Assembly (NCBI GenBank): GCA_963803435.1
Contig: CAWDML010000001.1
Span: 2,592,001-2,656,000 of the forward strand
Reading direction: 5' to 3'
Source of the DNA: an uncultured delta proteobacterium
Lineage (GTDB): Bacteria; Myxococcota; Kuafuiibacteriia; Kuafuiibacteriales; Kuafuiibacteriaceae
DNA length: 64,000 nucleotides
Below are positions 14,330 to 24,573 of this stretch, in pieces. The notes under the pieces are model-generated. The model searched no databases, was not told where the DNA came from, and was given only the letters and a program-made list of their open reading frames with translations. Both the position numbers and the translations under genes were made by a program. Numbering within the stretch: the first letter of the stretch is position 1; every line of letters starts with the position of its first letter.

Positions 14330-15070
14330 CAGAACGACGGAGAGGCGTTTGCGGATCCCGAACCGACCTGGCTCGTTCGCCACGATCTCGGTCCGAAGGA
14401 TCCGCTGGTGCTTGTCGTACGGCTTGATGACGGTCTTCAGGTGCTTCACGCGGAAGATCGTCACGGACTCGTGGGACTGGAAGATGGAGACGTTGGTCTT
14501 CTCCGGGCGAGCTGCTCTCTTCCGTCCGAAGACCGTCGAGATCGCCTTGGGGCCCAGGAACCGGCGGTTGAGATCGATGTGACGATGGAAGAGCTCGGCG
14601 ACGGGTAGGACCCTCGGAAGACCAGGTTGTGCGACACCTCCAGCTGCGCCATGGACCACTCGTACTTGAAGCCGGTGTCGTGCCGTTGCTCGTAAGTGAG
14701 CGTGGGAAGGACACGATACACCCAGCGATCCGCCACTCGCCGGATCTCCGCCTCCGTCAGGCTGTCGCAGGTCTTCTGTGGCGCCTTGGGCTCACGGGTG
14801 CCCATGAATGCGTTCGCCTTGCTCTCGACATGCACGCCGCGTTCTGACGCGCGGTGCACCGCCCAGTGATGACCGTTGAGGAACACCTTCGCATTGAACG
14901 GTGGATGCGAAGAGAGCACCACGCAGATGGGGCCCCAGCGCCGGTCGAGGATGTAGAACGAGTAGTGCGTGACGAAGGCCTGTCTGCAATCCAGGTTGCG
15001 GTGGGTGGACGTGGTGGCCTTCCTCGGCTCCTGACAGGTGAAAGTCTTCGTCTTCTCGGATGCCTTGGCT
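14330..15070 (-). pseudogene. internal fragment of an uncharacterised putative transposase (YDK…LRxE type)
   Basis: HYSFYILDRRWGPICV…PPFNAKVFLNGHHW…NAF…QLEVSHNLVF…IKPYDKHQRILRTEIVANEP. Frameshifted, with no intact start or end. Confidence 0.5.
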
Positions 15071-15143
15071 AGACGGCAGCGAGATGAGATCCGAAACTGA
15101 CGTCTCCGGCGAGCGGCGTCGGTGCCGATCGGATCTCGCATCC

Positions 15144-16211
15144 TCACTCGGCGACGAAGTCCTCGCCCTTCGCGATCGTGATCGTGACCAGCGGCTTGCC
15201 CCCGGTGAGGGCCTTCAGCTCAGCGTCGAGGTACGCCTTGTCGGCCGTGGTCGCGTGCACGCTGTAGTTCCAGACGGGCATCGTGATCTTGTACGAGAAC
15301 GTGTTGAACGCGTCCGTCCCGGTATCGGAGCCCAGCTTCGTGATCTCGGTGTGCGCGATGATCTCGTTGGGCACGATCTGCGGGAAGCACTTCTCACCGC
15401 CGAGCCAGCGGCCGCCCGTCTGGAGCTGCCGAGCCTCGGTGTCGAACCCCTTCTTCTGCAGGGCGAACCTGAACGCGTACAGGAAGTGCGTCCCCACGTC
15501 CTTCGGCGTCGGGAACTTGCCGCAGGCCTTCAGCTCGCGGGCGACGCAGATCGAGGTCTGATTCACGATGTCGCGGTTGCCGATCCAGAACCCGGCCGCC
15601 TTGGTGTACCCGTCGCCGCCGGTCGCGCTGCCCTGAAGGATCGTGTCCCGCGCGTAGTCCGGGCAGTTGAACGCGTACTCGGGGAGGAAGCCGTACTGAC
15701 TGACGTTGTCGGGCTTTCGTCCGTCACAGCGGAAGCCGTAGCCGTGCTGGCTGAACATCGCCTCGCCCGACCGCGTGAGCGACGAGCGATGGTTCGGCGT
15801 GTTGAGATCCCGCATCCCGGCGATCGGGGTGGCGTACGGCCGGAACTCGATGATCTCCTCCCAGATGTTGTCGATGAGCTGTGCGTGGCCGGCGGGACCG
15901 AGCTGCGAGAGATCGTCGAGCGTGAACTTGTCCGAGTACAGCTTCCAGCTCGAGGTGGCGGCACGAGCGCCGATGTCGTTGCCCCAGTTCTGGAGCGCGA
16001 CGTCGTACTTCCGGAGGAAGCCGGGGTAGATCGACGGGTGCGCGCCCGTGAGCTTCTTGCTGGTCCCGTTATACGCCGAGAGCAGCTTCGAGCGCTGCGA
16101 GTGAGGCTTCGACGCGTTCGCCCGGCTCGAGGCCGTGAGCGCCCCGCACGCGTGCGTCGCGATGTTCGGCATGAGTTTCGAGCATCGAGGGCATGACCAC
16201 TGCTGCACCAT
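15144..16211 (-). CDS. putative ADP-ribosyltransferase (cholera/pierisin-like fold) with N-terminal CxxC
   Basis: RBS GGAGA before the ATG; GFRCDGRKPDNVSQYGFLP; SICVAR; GGEKCFPQIVPNEII; clean codon bias. Confidence 0.55.
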   Translation of the reverse strand: MVQQWSCPRCSKLMPNIATHACGALTASSRANASKPHSQRSKLLSAYNGTSKKLTGAHPSIYPGFLRKYDVALQNWGNDIGARAATSSWKLYSDKFTLDDLSQLGPAGHAQLIDNIWEEIIEFRPYATPIAGMRDLNTPNHRSSLTRSGEAMFSQHGYGFRCDGRKPDNVSQYGFLPEYAFNCPDYARDTILQGSATGGDGYTKAAGFWIGNRDIVNQTSICVARELKACGKFPTPKDVGTHFLYAFRFALQKKGFDTEARQLQTGGRWLGGEKCFPQIVPNEIIAHTEITKLGSDTGTDAFNTFSYKITMPVWNYSVHATTADKAYLDAELKALTGGKPLVTITIAKGEDFVAE

Positions 16212-16348
16212 GAGTTCTCCTTGTCCGGTGGTTTCCTCCCACCTTTCCAAGCGACATGCCACTCGGCGGGAGGCCCGAATCGGGCAAACCGGGGGCCGGG
16301 TCGCGTCCGAGGGACGTCACACGTGACGCAACCGGAGGGCGGGCTCGG

Positions 16349-19066
16349 CTACACGGCCTCGATCGCGTTGACCAGGACCTCGCGCTCGCCCTTCGGCCCG
16401 ATCGCTGGCCCCACGATGCCCTGCTTCTCCATCATCTCGACCATGCGGGCGGCGCGGTTGTAACCCACCCGGAGCTTGCGCTGCAGCGCCGAGATGGAGG
16501 CCTTCTTGGTCTCGGTGACGATCCGCACCGCGAGGTCGTACATCTCGTCGACGTCGCCCTCGTCGATCTCGGCCTCGTCCTCGTCCCGCTTCTTGAGGAT
16601 GTTCGGGTCGTACTGCGGGCGCGCCTGGGCCTTCCAGAAGTCCACGACGCGCTCGACCTCCGTCTCAGAGACGTAGCCGCCGTGCACGCGCTCCGGCATG
16701 GGCGAGGCCACGTCGAGGACCAGGCTGTCGCCCATGCCGAGCAGGTTCTCGGCGCCTGGGCTGTTCAGGATCGTAGCGCTGTCGTGGCGCGACGCGACCC
16801 GGAAGGAGATACGCGACGGGAAGTTGTTCTTGATGACCCCTGTGATCACGTCCGTCGACGGCCTCTGCGTCGCGAGCAGCACGTGGATCCCGGCGGCGCG
16901 AGCCTTCTGCGCCAGCCGCTGCACCGCGCCCTCGACGTCGCGCGGCGCGACGCACATCAGGTCTGCGAACTCGTCGATCAGGACCATGATGTACGGCAGC
17001 GGCTCCGGCAAGTCCTGGCCGTGCCAGGGATCGCTCTTCTTCTTGCCCCCCTCCTCGTCCAGGTCGATCCCCAGCTCGCGCTTCTCGCGCAGCTTCTCCA
17101 GGCGGCGGTTGAACCCGTCGATGTCGCGCACCTTGGCGTCCGAGAGCAGCTGGTACCGTCGCTCCATCTCATCGACGGCCCACGCGAGGGCCAGCGAGGC
17201 CTTCCTAGGATCGGTCACCACCGGCAGGAGCAGGTGCGGGATGTCGTTGTAGAGCGACAGCTCGAGCATCTTGGGATCGACCATGATGAACTTCACCTGG
17301 TCGGGCGTCGCCTTGTAGAGGATCGAGAGGATCATCGTGTTGATGCTGACCGACTTGCCCGAGCCGGTCGTCCCCGCGACCAGCAAGTGCGGCATCTTGC
17401 GCAGGTCGCGAACGATCGGATTGCCCTCCGCGTCCTTGCCGAGCGCCAGCGTCAGGAGCGATCGCGACTTCCGGAACCGCTCGTGTGCGATCAGCTCCTT
17501 CAGATAGACGTTCTCGCGGCGCTCGTTCGGAAGCTCGATGCCGACGACCCCGCGGCCCGGGATCGGCGCCACGATGCGTACCCGCAGCGCCTCCATCGAC
17601 ATGGCGATGTCGTCGCAGAGGTTCGCGATCTTCGCGACCTTCACGCCCGGCGCCGGCTGGTACTCGTACGTGGTCACGACCGGGCCAGGTCGGATCGCGG
17701 ACACCTTCCCTTCGACGCCGTACGTGCGGAGCTTCTCCTCGAGCCGCGTCGCCTTGGCCCGGAGCAGCTCGCCGAGCACGGGCTCGGGCGGGTCGCCCTC
17801 GTAGTCGAGCAGATTGATCGGGGGGAGCTGGAACTCCTTGCGGGGCGCGTCCTCCGCCGCGATCCCGTCGTCGTCGAAGTTGGTCTCGAGGGTCAGGCGG
17901 TCGTGGATCCGCGGCCCGTCCGAGAGCGCGTAGTCGACGTCGAGCTCGGGGCCGTGCGCCTCCTCGTCCTCCTCGAACGCGTCCTCGTCGTCCTCCGGCT
18001 CCTCGTCGTCCGCCTCGAGCGCCTCCTCCACCTCTTCCTCCGGCGCCTCTTCGGCCACCACCAGCTTCGGCGCAGGGAGGCGCTTCGGCCGGTGCGAGAC
18101 GCGATCGATCTCCTCGATGACGTCCGCAGAGCTGACAGCGATCTCGAGGTCGGGCTCGGCGCCGGGACCCGGAATATTCAGGCCCTCGACGACCTCGACC
18201 TCCTCGACTGGCGCGTGCGCGACGGCCTGCTCCTTCTCCATCCGCTCCTTGGCCTCGAGCGCCGCGATCTTGGCGAGCGCACGCTCCTCCGCCTTGGCGG
18301 TGGCCTTCAGCACGGCGACCCGCGCCCGCTCCTCGAGCTGCTCGCGGAGGGCGCGCTCGCGCTCGGCGGCCTCCATCTTCTGGATCGCACGCCGCGAGCG
18401 CGCCGCCTCTACAAGCTCCAGCTCGCGCTCGCTGCCGGCCCGCTTCGCCTCGGTCCAGATGCGGGCCCGCCCGAAAAGGAGAATGGAGAGCCAGCGCAGC
18501 GCACGGTAGGCGTCGAGCAGCGCCCGCCCGATCGACACGTCCGCGATCCCGAGCACGCCGATCAGAACCGCGCCCACCGCCGCCAGCGCCGCGCCGGCCG
18601 GACCTGCGACCGACGAGATCGCCTCCGAGATCACGACCCCGGCGATCCCGCCCGCAGGATGTCCGAGCAGGTCGGGCTCGACGATCATGTGGGCCAGCAC
18701 CGCCGCACCGATCGTGATCGCGACGGCGGAGATCATCGTAAGGACGGAGGGGAATCGCAGCCGTCCGAGCAGGGTGGCGCCCGCACCGAGGACGCAGAGC
18801 AGCGCCGCCACGTAACCGATCACGCCGATGCCGCCCAGAATGACGCGCGCCAGCTCCTCGCCGAGCGGCCCCACCAGGTTGTCGCCGCTCGCGGGGTCGA
18901 ACGAGAAGAGCGCGAAGCAGAGCGCGATCGCCCCCAGCATCATCGCGATGCCGAGGGCCTCCATCATGCGTCGCGCAGGAAGATCCTCGTGTTCGAGCGT
19001 CAGCTCGGAGAGCTCGTCGTCCTCATCGTCTTCGTCGATCCGTCGCTTCTTGAGAGAGGCGCCCAC
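16349..19066 (-). CDS. ftsK: DNA translocase FtsK
   Basis: 4TM N-terminus; PHLLVAGTTGSGKSV; VDPKMLEL; IDEFADLM; RAAGIHVLLATQRPS; gamma domain LQRKLRVGYNRAARMVE. Confidence 0.97.
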   Translation of the reverse strand: MGASLKKRRIDEDDEDDELSELTLEHEDLPARRMMEALGIAMMLGAIALCFALFSFDPASGDNLVGPLGEELARVILGGIGVIGYVAALLCVLGAGATLLGRLRFPSVLTMISAVAITIGAAVLAHMIVEPDLLGHPAGGIAGVVISEAISSVAGPAGAALAAVGAVLIGVLGIADVSIGRALLDAYRALRWLSILLFGRARIWTEAKRAGSERELELVEAARSRRAIQKMEAAERERALREQLEERARVAVLKATAKAEERALAKIAALEAKERMEKEQAVAHAPVEEVEVVEGLNIPGPGAEPDLEIAVSSADVIEEIDRVSHRPKRLPAPKLVVAEEAPEEEVEEALEADDEEPEDDEDAFEEDEEAHGPELDVDYALSDGPRIHDRLTLETNFDDDGIAAEDAPRKEFQLPPINLLDYEGDPPEPVLGELLRAKATRLEEKLRTYGVEGKVSAIRPGPVVTTYEYQPAPGVKVAKIANLCDDIAMSMEALRVRIVAPIPGRGVVGIELPNERRENVYLKELIAHERFRKSRSLLTLALGKDAEGNPIVRDLRKMPHLLVAGTTGSGKSVSINTMILSILYKATPDQVKFIMVDPKMLELSLYNDIPHLLLPVVTDPRKASLALAWAVDEMERRYQLLSDAKVRDIDGFNRRLEKLREKRELGIDLDEEGGKKKSDPWHGQDLPEPLPYIMVLIDEFADLMCVAPRDVEGAVQRLAQKARAAGIHVLLATQRPSTDVITGVIKNNFPSRISFRVASRHDSATILNSPGAENLLGMGDSLVLDVASPMPERVHGGYVSETEVERVVDFWKAQARPQYDPNILKKRDEDEAEIDEGDVDEMYDLAVRIVTETKKASISALQRKLRVGYNRAARMVEMMEKQGIVGPAIGPKGEREVLVNAIEAV

Positions 19067-19122
19067 AGTGGCCCAGGGTGTGAGACCACCAGGATCCCGT
19101 CAAAATTCTGGCCGGTGTCTCC

Positions 19123-20215
19123 TCACTTCCCCTCACCACCGGTGATCCACTTGAGAATCCGGGCCTTCAGCGTGGGCTCCTTCAACGCGGCCAACCGCGG
19201 ATCCGTGAGAGAGGTGATCGCAAGCGTAGGGTCGGTCCCGAAGCTCTCGTCGGTGAGGACCCGCCACGCCAGCTTCAGCTGGGCGAGGAGCTCGTCCATC
19301 GTTCGGTAGCGCTCGTCGGGATCCTTCTTGAGACACCTGTCGACGAGCTCCGAGATCTCGGGCGGACACGAGGGGAGAAACTGCGTCAGGGAAGGAGCCG
19401 GCTGGAGGAGGTGCATGTTGATCAGGGTCATCAAGTTCGAGGAGTAGAAGGGCACCCGGCCCGCGATCATCTGGAACATGATCACGCCGAGCGCGTACAT
19501 GTCGGCGCGCCCGTCGACCGCTTCGCCGACCGCCTGCTCCGGCGCCATATACGCGGGCGTTCCCATCATCGAACCCGCGTGCGTGATGTCGCTCTGGGGC
19601 GGGTAGAGGTCGCTGGCCTCCGGGTCGAAGACCTTGACCAGACCGAAGTCGAGCACCTTGACGAAGTCGAGGCCGTCCTCGTCCGGCTGCACCATCACGT
19701 TGTCGGGCTTGAGATCGCGATGCACGACGCCCTCGCGGTGGGCCTTGCGCAACGCGCGCGCGATCTGGATGGCAATCCCGAGCGCGCGCTGCGGCAAGAG
19801 CCTCGTCTCCTCCTCCAGCACGCGGGCCAGGTTCCGCCCGGCCACGCGCTCCATCGCCATGAAGAGATCGCCGGTCCTGAGCTCGCCGTAGTCGTAAATG
19901 ATCACGATGTTCGGGTGGGAGAGCCGCGACGAGATCGAGGCCTCGCGATGGAAGCGCAGCCGGTAGCGATCGGTATCCTCCGGGGTCGCGCATCGACAGC
20001 ACCTTGATCGCGACCGGTCGATCGACGTCGAGCTCGGTGCCTGCGTACACGTGGCCCATCGCCCCACGGGCGATGAGCTTCTCGATCCGATAGCGATCGG
20101 CGATGATCTGTCCGAAGAAGCGCAGCGTCCGCTCGGTGCGCGGCTCCAGGCCGCCTGATGCGCTGCGTCTCTCCACCAGCTCGGTCCTGAGCTGAGGGTT
20201 CGAATCCGTCGACAT
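19123..20215 (-). CDS. Ser/Thr protein kinase, one indel near 19995
   Basis: ARGAMGHVY, VAIKVL in one frame; HRDLKPDN, DFGLVK, YMAPEQ in the other. Confidence 0.9.
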
Positions 20216-20331
20216 GGGGAGCTCTGGTGACTACGCAGTCGATGCAAAATCCTCCCCAAGAACGTAAGGATGTGGTTGCCTGTGAACGAAAGGGCTGGGA
20301 CCCTCGTCCAACAGAGGCAGAAGGATTTTAG

Positions 20332-20994
20332 ATGGTTGCGCTCGAACTTGGTTGCTCTGCGATGCTGCTGCTGCTCTCGGCGGCGCCCCCCAAGGCTGAG
20401 AAGAAGGACCCAGCCGCCGAGCTCCTCGACAAGGTCCAGCGACACTATGAAGGGCTGCACGACTACACCGCGGACTTCATCCAGACCTACACGCGTGTCG
20501 CGCTGAGTCGCACCTCGGAATCCCGCGGACGGCTCATGCTGAAGAAGCCCGGGATGATGCGCTGGGAGTACGACAAGCCCGATCCCAAGCTCTGGATCGC
20601 CGATGGGACCCAGCTCTACGTCTACGAGCCGGAGTTCCAGCAGGTCACGATCGACCGCAACTTCGAGACCGCACGGCTCTCCGACTCGATCAGCTTCCTG
20701 TGGGGTGAGGGCAAGCTGGCGGACACGTTCAACGCGAAGCTCGGCAATCCCGAGGAGGTCGGCGCGCCCAAGGGCGCCCCCACGCTCGAGCTCACGCCCA
20801 AGCACGACGCCACCTACGCCAAGCTGGTCGTCGTGCTCGACGCCAAGACGGGCCACGTCATCGAGTCCACGATCTACGAGACGTCCGGCAACAAGAACCA
20901 GTTCAAGTTCTCGAACCTGAAGATCAACACCGGACTCAAGAAGGATCTGTTCACCTTCACGCCCCCGCCGGGCGTCGACATCACCTACCGGTAG
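20332..20994 (+). CDS. lolA: outer-membrane lipoprotein carrier LolA
   Basis: ADFIQTY…GRLMLKKPGMMRWEYDKPDPKLWIADGTQLYVYEP…LFTFTPPPGVDI. Confidence 0.9.
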   Translation: MVALELGCSAMLLLLSAAPPKAEKKDPAAELLDKVQRHYEGLHDYTADFIQTYTRVALSRTSESRGRLMLKKPGMMRWEYDKPDPKLWIADGTQLYVYEPEFQQVTIDRNFETARLSDSISFLWGEGKLADTFNAKLGNPEEVGAPKGAPTLELTPKHDATYAKLVVVLDAKTGHVIESTIYETSGNKNQFKFSNLKINTGLKKDLFTFTPPPGVDITYR

Positions 20995-21347
20995 CCGTAG
21001 CTCTCGAAGACCGCGCTCAGCGCCATGGGCGACAGCTGCTCCGTCCCGTCGCTCACGCATACCTCTTGGTCGAGGAGCGTGGCCTGGATGGCCGCGCTGC
21101 GGCGCTCGGAGGGTTTGCGCGGCAACGGTGCGATGGGTGAATTCGCCACGCGCACCTCGGCCCAGGTTCGGATCAGCGCGCGGGCCGCCGCCAGCACTTC
21201 CCGCGGATCGAGCGGCGGATGACTCAACACGAACAGATAGGCGTCGAGCGCCGCCCTCTGCCGTGACCCCAGCGTCTGTGCGTCTTGTGCGGAGGCGCCA
21301 AGGATCTGAATCAGCGCGGTCCGCTCGTGGGCCGAGAGCGGGTGCAT
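20985..21347 (-). CDS. small hypothetical protein
   Basis: ORF MHPLSAHERTALIQILG… fills the lolA-aldehyde dehydrogenase gap; no motif recognised. Confidence 0.4.
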   Translation of the reverse strand: MHPLSAHERTALIQILGASAQDAQTLGSRQRAALDAYLFVLSHPPLDPREVLAAARALIRTWAEVRVANSPIAPLPRKPSERRSAAIQATLLDQEVCVSDGTEQLSPMALSAVFESYGYR

Positions 21348-21411
21348 GGCCGCGCAGGCTGCCACGCGCTGCCGCGATGCGCAATACGATCTGGCATGGT
21401 ACGAAGGCTCC

Positions 21412-22944
21412 ATGATCGCAGCACAGAAGAGCCCGCAGACCTTCGCGGTCGTGAACCCGACGACCGAACAACCCATCCGTGAGCTCCCGATCTTCTCGCG
21501 GGAGGAGGTCGGCCAGGCGATGGGGAAGGTGCGCCGCGCGGCTCGATTCTGGGCGGCGCTGACGGTCGAGGAGCGGTGCCGGAGGCTGGTCCCGATCGCC
21601 AAGGCGATCACGCGGCGCATGGACGAGATCGCTGAGACGATCTCGAACGAGAACGGCAAGGTGAGGATGGAGGCGCTCGCGCTCGACGTCGGCCCGACGC
21701 TGGTGGTGCTGAACTACTTCATCGAGAACGGCCCCAGGATCCTGAAGCCCGAGCGCATCGAGCTGGCGACGGCCCCGCATCGAAGCAGCTACCTGAGCTT
21801 TCAACCGCGCGGGGTGGTGGCCGTGATCTCGCCGTGGAACTTCCCCTTCATGCTCCCCGCGTCCGACACCCTCATGTCGCTGATCGCGGGCAACGGCGTC
21901 ATTCTGAAGCCCTCCGAGGTCACGCCGCTCTCGGCGTTGATCTTCAAGGCGTGCCTCGACGAGGGCGGCCTCGATCCCGATCTGGTCCAGGTGGTGACGG
22001 GTCTCGGAGAGACGGGCGCCGCCGTGATCGACGCGCGGCCCGACCACGTAGTCTTCACCGGATCCGTGGCGACCGGGCGCCGGATCGGGATCGCCTGCGC
22101 GGAGCGGATGATCAGCTACACGCTCGAGCTCGGCGGAAAGGCGCCCGCGATCGTGCTCGAGGACGCCGACCTCGAACGGGCGACCCAGGCGATCCTGTGG
22201 GGCGGGTTCGCGAACGCAGGCCAGATCTGCGCCTCGGTGGAGCGCGTATACGCGGTGGGCCCGATCTACGACCGCCTCGTCGACGCGCTGACCCGGGCCG
22301 CGGCCCAGCTGAGGGTCGGGCCACCGGATGCAGACAGCGACATCGGGAGCATGACCTGGGCGAAGCAGCGCGAGCTCGCCGAGCGCTTGATCGCCGACGC
22401 GCAGGGGAAAGGCGCGCGGGTCACCACCGGCGGCACGCGCACCGGTGATCGCGGCCTCTTCTTCCGCCCCACCGTCATCGCCGACTGCACGCAGGACATG
22501 GACGTGATGAACGCGGAGATCTTCGGACCAATCGTCCCCATGATGAAGGTCGACACGGAGGACCGAGCGCTCGAGCTGGCCAACGACAGCCCGCTGGGGC
22601 TCGGCGCCTACGTCTTCACGAAGGATCGCGCGCGCGGCCGCAGGCTCGCGGAGAAGCTCGAGGTCGGCTCAGTGATGATCAACGACGTCCTCACGCACGC
22701 CGGCGCGCCCGAGATGCCATGGGGCGGGATCAAGCACTCCGGCATCGGCATCATGCGGAGCGACCGAGGGCTCCGCGAGCTCTGCCACGCCCGCCACGTC
22801 AACTACGATCGCGTCGGCGGATGGGCCCGCGACCCCTACTGGTTCCCGTACTCGAAGAAAACCGAAGCGCAGCTCAAGGGCATCCTCAAGTCGATCTTCA
22901 CCGACAAGCCCTGGAGCAAGTTGATCCGAAAGGTGATCAGCTAA
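21412..22944 (+). CDS. aldehyde dehydrogenase family protein
   Basis: ISPWNFP, LKPSEVTP, FTGSVATG, LELGGKAP, AGQICASVER, EIFGP. Confidence 0.96.
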   Translation: MIAAQKSPQTFAVVNPTTEQPIRELPIFSREEVGQAMGKVRRAARFWAALTVEERCRRLVPIAKAITRRMDEIAETISNENGKVRMEALALDVGPTLVVLNYFIENGPRILKPERIELATAPHRSSYLSFQPRGVVAVISPWNFPFMLPASDTLMSLIAGNGVILKPSEVTPLSALIFKACLDEGGLDPDLVQVVTGLGETGAAVIDARPDHVVFTGSVATGRRIGIACAERMISYTLELGGKAPAIVLEDADLERATQAILWGGFANAGQICASVERVYAVGPIYDRLVDALTRAAAQLRVGPPDADSDIGSMTWAKQRELAERLIADAQGKGARVTTGGTRTGDRGLFFRPTVIADCTQDMDVMNAEIFGPIVPMMKVDTEDRALELANDSPLGLGAYVFTKDRARGRRLAEKLEVGSVMINDVLTHAGAPEMPWGGIKHSGIGIMRSDRGLRELCHARHVNYDRVGGWARDPYWFPYSKKTEAQLKGILKSIFTDKPWSKLIRKVIS

Positions 22945-22951
22945 CTAAGTC

Positions 22952-23195
22952 TAAGAACCGGTCCTAAAACCGTTCCGTTCGCCATTCCGTGTTGCACTTG
23001 TTCTGGCATTCCGCCGCGCCGCCGGATGTGAGGGCTGAACTCGCGCGGAAGCGCCTTCCACTGACAACCCGCGTGAAGTCGATAGACGATCCCAGCCACC
23101 ACGACTCGATCAGGAATACGGGGCCGACCGCGGCGTAAGCTCCGCCGTCTTCTCGGCAGCAAGGCTTCGATCCTCCTCCAAAGCGCTCCGGTAGG
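22952..23195 (-). mobile_element. internally deleted IS5 remnant, 3' part (5' part lies at 55041-55130)
   Basis: LP.ALWRRIEALLPRRRR…GIVYRLHAGCQWKALPREFS joined directly to PHIRRRG. The end sequence GAACCGGTCCTAA resembles GAGCCGGTCCGAA at the left end of the IS5 near 13073. Confidence 0.75.
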
Positions 23196-23217
23196 TTCGA
23201 TTCCCGCCGGCTCCATC
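23194..23217 (+). other. tmRNA/tRNA-like 3'-end fragment; left att junction of the island
   Basis: GGTTCGATTCCCGCCGGCTCCA is a TPsiC arm plus acceptor strand typical of ssrA 3' ends. It abuts the integrase 3' end, and no upstream RNA body is present. Confidence 0.75.
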
Positions 23218-23220
23218 GCT

Positions 23221-24345
23221 TTAGTCCACTGATTTCAGGCCCTTGGCCGAGGGCTCTGAGTCTTGTGCCATATACGTGCCACGTTTTGGGAGCGGATCGT
23301 CGAGCTTCGTGACCGCATCCCGCCGCACGTCCGGCGACAGATGCGCGTACCGCATCGTCATCTCCATCGTCGAATGCCCGAGCAGCTCCTGCACCGCCTC
23401 GAGCGGCACGCCCCGCATCACCAGATGCGAAGCGAACGTGTGCCGGAGGACGTGCCACCCGATCCGCCGCAGCCCTGCCCGCGCGCACGCTCGGTAGAGC
23501 GGGCGCCGGCAGTGGTTCTCGTTCATCTGCCTGCCGTCCTCCAAACAGAAGACGAGCGGGCATCGAAGATGACGCTGGTCCTTGAGGACGTCGACCGCGA
23601 TCGGCGACAGCGGAATATCCCGCGTGAGGCCGTTCTTCGGCGTCCCTTCGTGCCCGCGCCACACCGCGCGCTTCACCATCAACCGCCCCCGAACCAGATC
23701 GAGGTCGTCCCAGCGGAGCGAGAGGAGCTCGCCCTGCCGGAGTCCCGTCTTGATCGCGAGGGTGATCATGCAGACCCACTCCGACTCGGCGCCGGCAATC
23801 AGCCGCTCCGCCTCCTCGAAGTCGAGGAAGTCGAACTCCGCCTTCGGCACGCGGAACCACTTCACCCGCGGAACGTTCTTGATGATCTCCCAGTCGCGGG
23901 CGACCGAGATCATCTTCCGCAGGATGGTGAGGTGGTTGTTGATCGACTTCTTCGAGATTTTCGTCTTCAGCTTGTCCGCCTTGTACTTCTCGATCTCGCG
24001 CGCCCCGATCTCGTCGAGGCGCTTGCGACCGAACGCCGGGATCAGGTGATAGCGAAGCGTGCTCCGCTTCATCCGAACCTCGGAAGGCTTGTTGTTGGTG
24101 AGCGCGTAGTTCTCGATGAACTCCTCTGCGAACGCAGCGAGCGTCGGAACCTCCTCCTTGTTCTTCTCTTCTTCTCTTCGATTCGGGTGCTCGAGAAGAT
24201 CCTCGCGCAGCTTGCGCTCGAACTCCTCTGCACCCCGCCTGGTCTGGACCGGGCTGGTCGCACGCACTCGCTCTCGCCGTCCATCTGGATGTCGAAAGAC
24301 GAAATCAACGAACCACCCTCGGTCCTCCGTTTTGCGAACAGTCAT
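23221..24345 (-). CDS. int: phage-type tyrosine integrase
   Basis: TGLRQGEL (R), TPKNG (K), HVLRHTFASHL (HxxR), LLGHSTMEMTMRYAH (H, Y). Confidence 0.96.
   Translation of the reverse strand: MTVRKTEDRGWFVDFVFRHPDGRRERVRATSPVQTRRGAEEFERKLREDLLEHPNRREEEKNKEEVPTLAAFAEEFIENYALTNNKPSEVRMKRSTLRYHLIPAFGRKRLDEIGAREIEKYKADKLKTKISKKSINNHLTILRKMISVARDWEIIKNVPRVKWFRVPKAEFDFLDFEEAERLIAGAESEWVCMITLAIKTGLRQGELLSLRWDDLDLVRGRLMVKRAVWRGHEGTPKNGLTRDIPLSPIAVDVLKDQRHLRCPLVFCLEDGRQMNENHCRRPLYRACARAGLRRIGWHVLRHTFASHLVMRGVPLEAVQELLGHSTMEMTMRYAHLSPDVRRDAVTKLDDPLPKRGTYMAQDSEPSAKGLKSVD
23264..23283 (+). repeat. integrase arm-type site, left
   Basis: TGTGCCATATACGTGCCACG; inverted copy at 54946-54965 with 19/20 identity. 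Confidence 0.75.
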
Positions 24346-24348
24346 CGA

Positions 24349-24573
24349 TCACCTCCGTGTCGACGGCCGTTCGCGCTCGTTGGATCGCAACCACTCTAGC
24401 AGAGCGTCGCGCAGGATGACGATTCTTCTCGGGCCGACCTTCCGCGCCGGCAGACCGCGCTCTTCGATCGCGGCGTAGACGGTCTTGACGTTGAGGCCGA
24501 GGAAAGCCGCGACCTCCTCCACGCCGAGGACGACGGGCAACCCGTAGGTGTCGACTTCATTGATTCCGCTCAT
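24349..24573 (-). CDS. excisionase-like HTH_17 protein
   Basis: VLGVEEVAAFLGLNVKTVYAAIEERGLPARKVG…LLEWL, immediately upstream of int. Confidence 0.85.
   Translation of the reverse strand: MSGINEVDTYGLPVVLGVEEVAAFLGLNVKTVYAAIEERGLPARKVGPRRIVILRDALLEWLRSNERERPSTRR

Noticed and set aside
16256-19309. 1017-aa plus-strand ORF (likewise 202-1749, 2191-4038, 8692-10281, 57065-58387)
   Set aside because: Antisense shadows of real genes in GC-rich DNA; no motifs.
19123-22047. 974-aa kinase fusion
   Set aside because: Only the C-terminal part is kinase. The rest is antisense to lolA and the aldehyde dehydrogenase, joined through a frameshift.
23120-23220. Intact tRNA or tmRNA gene
   Set aside because: Only the T-arm and acceptor 3' strand are present; the upstream sequence is IS5 coding DNA.
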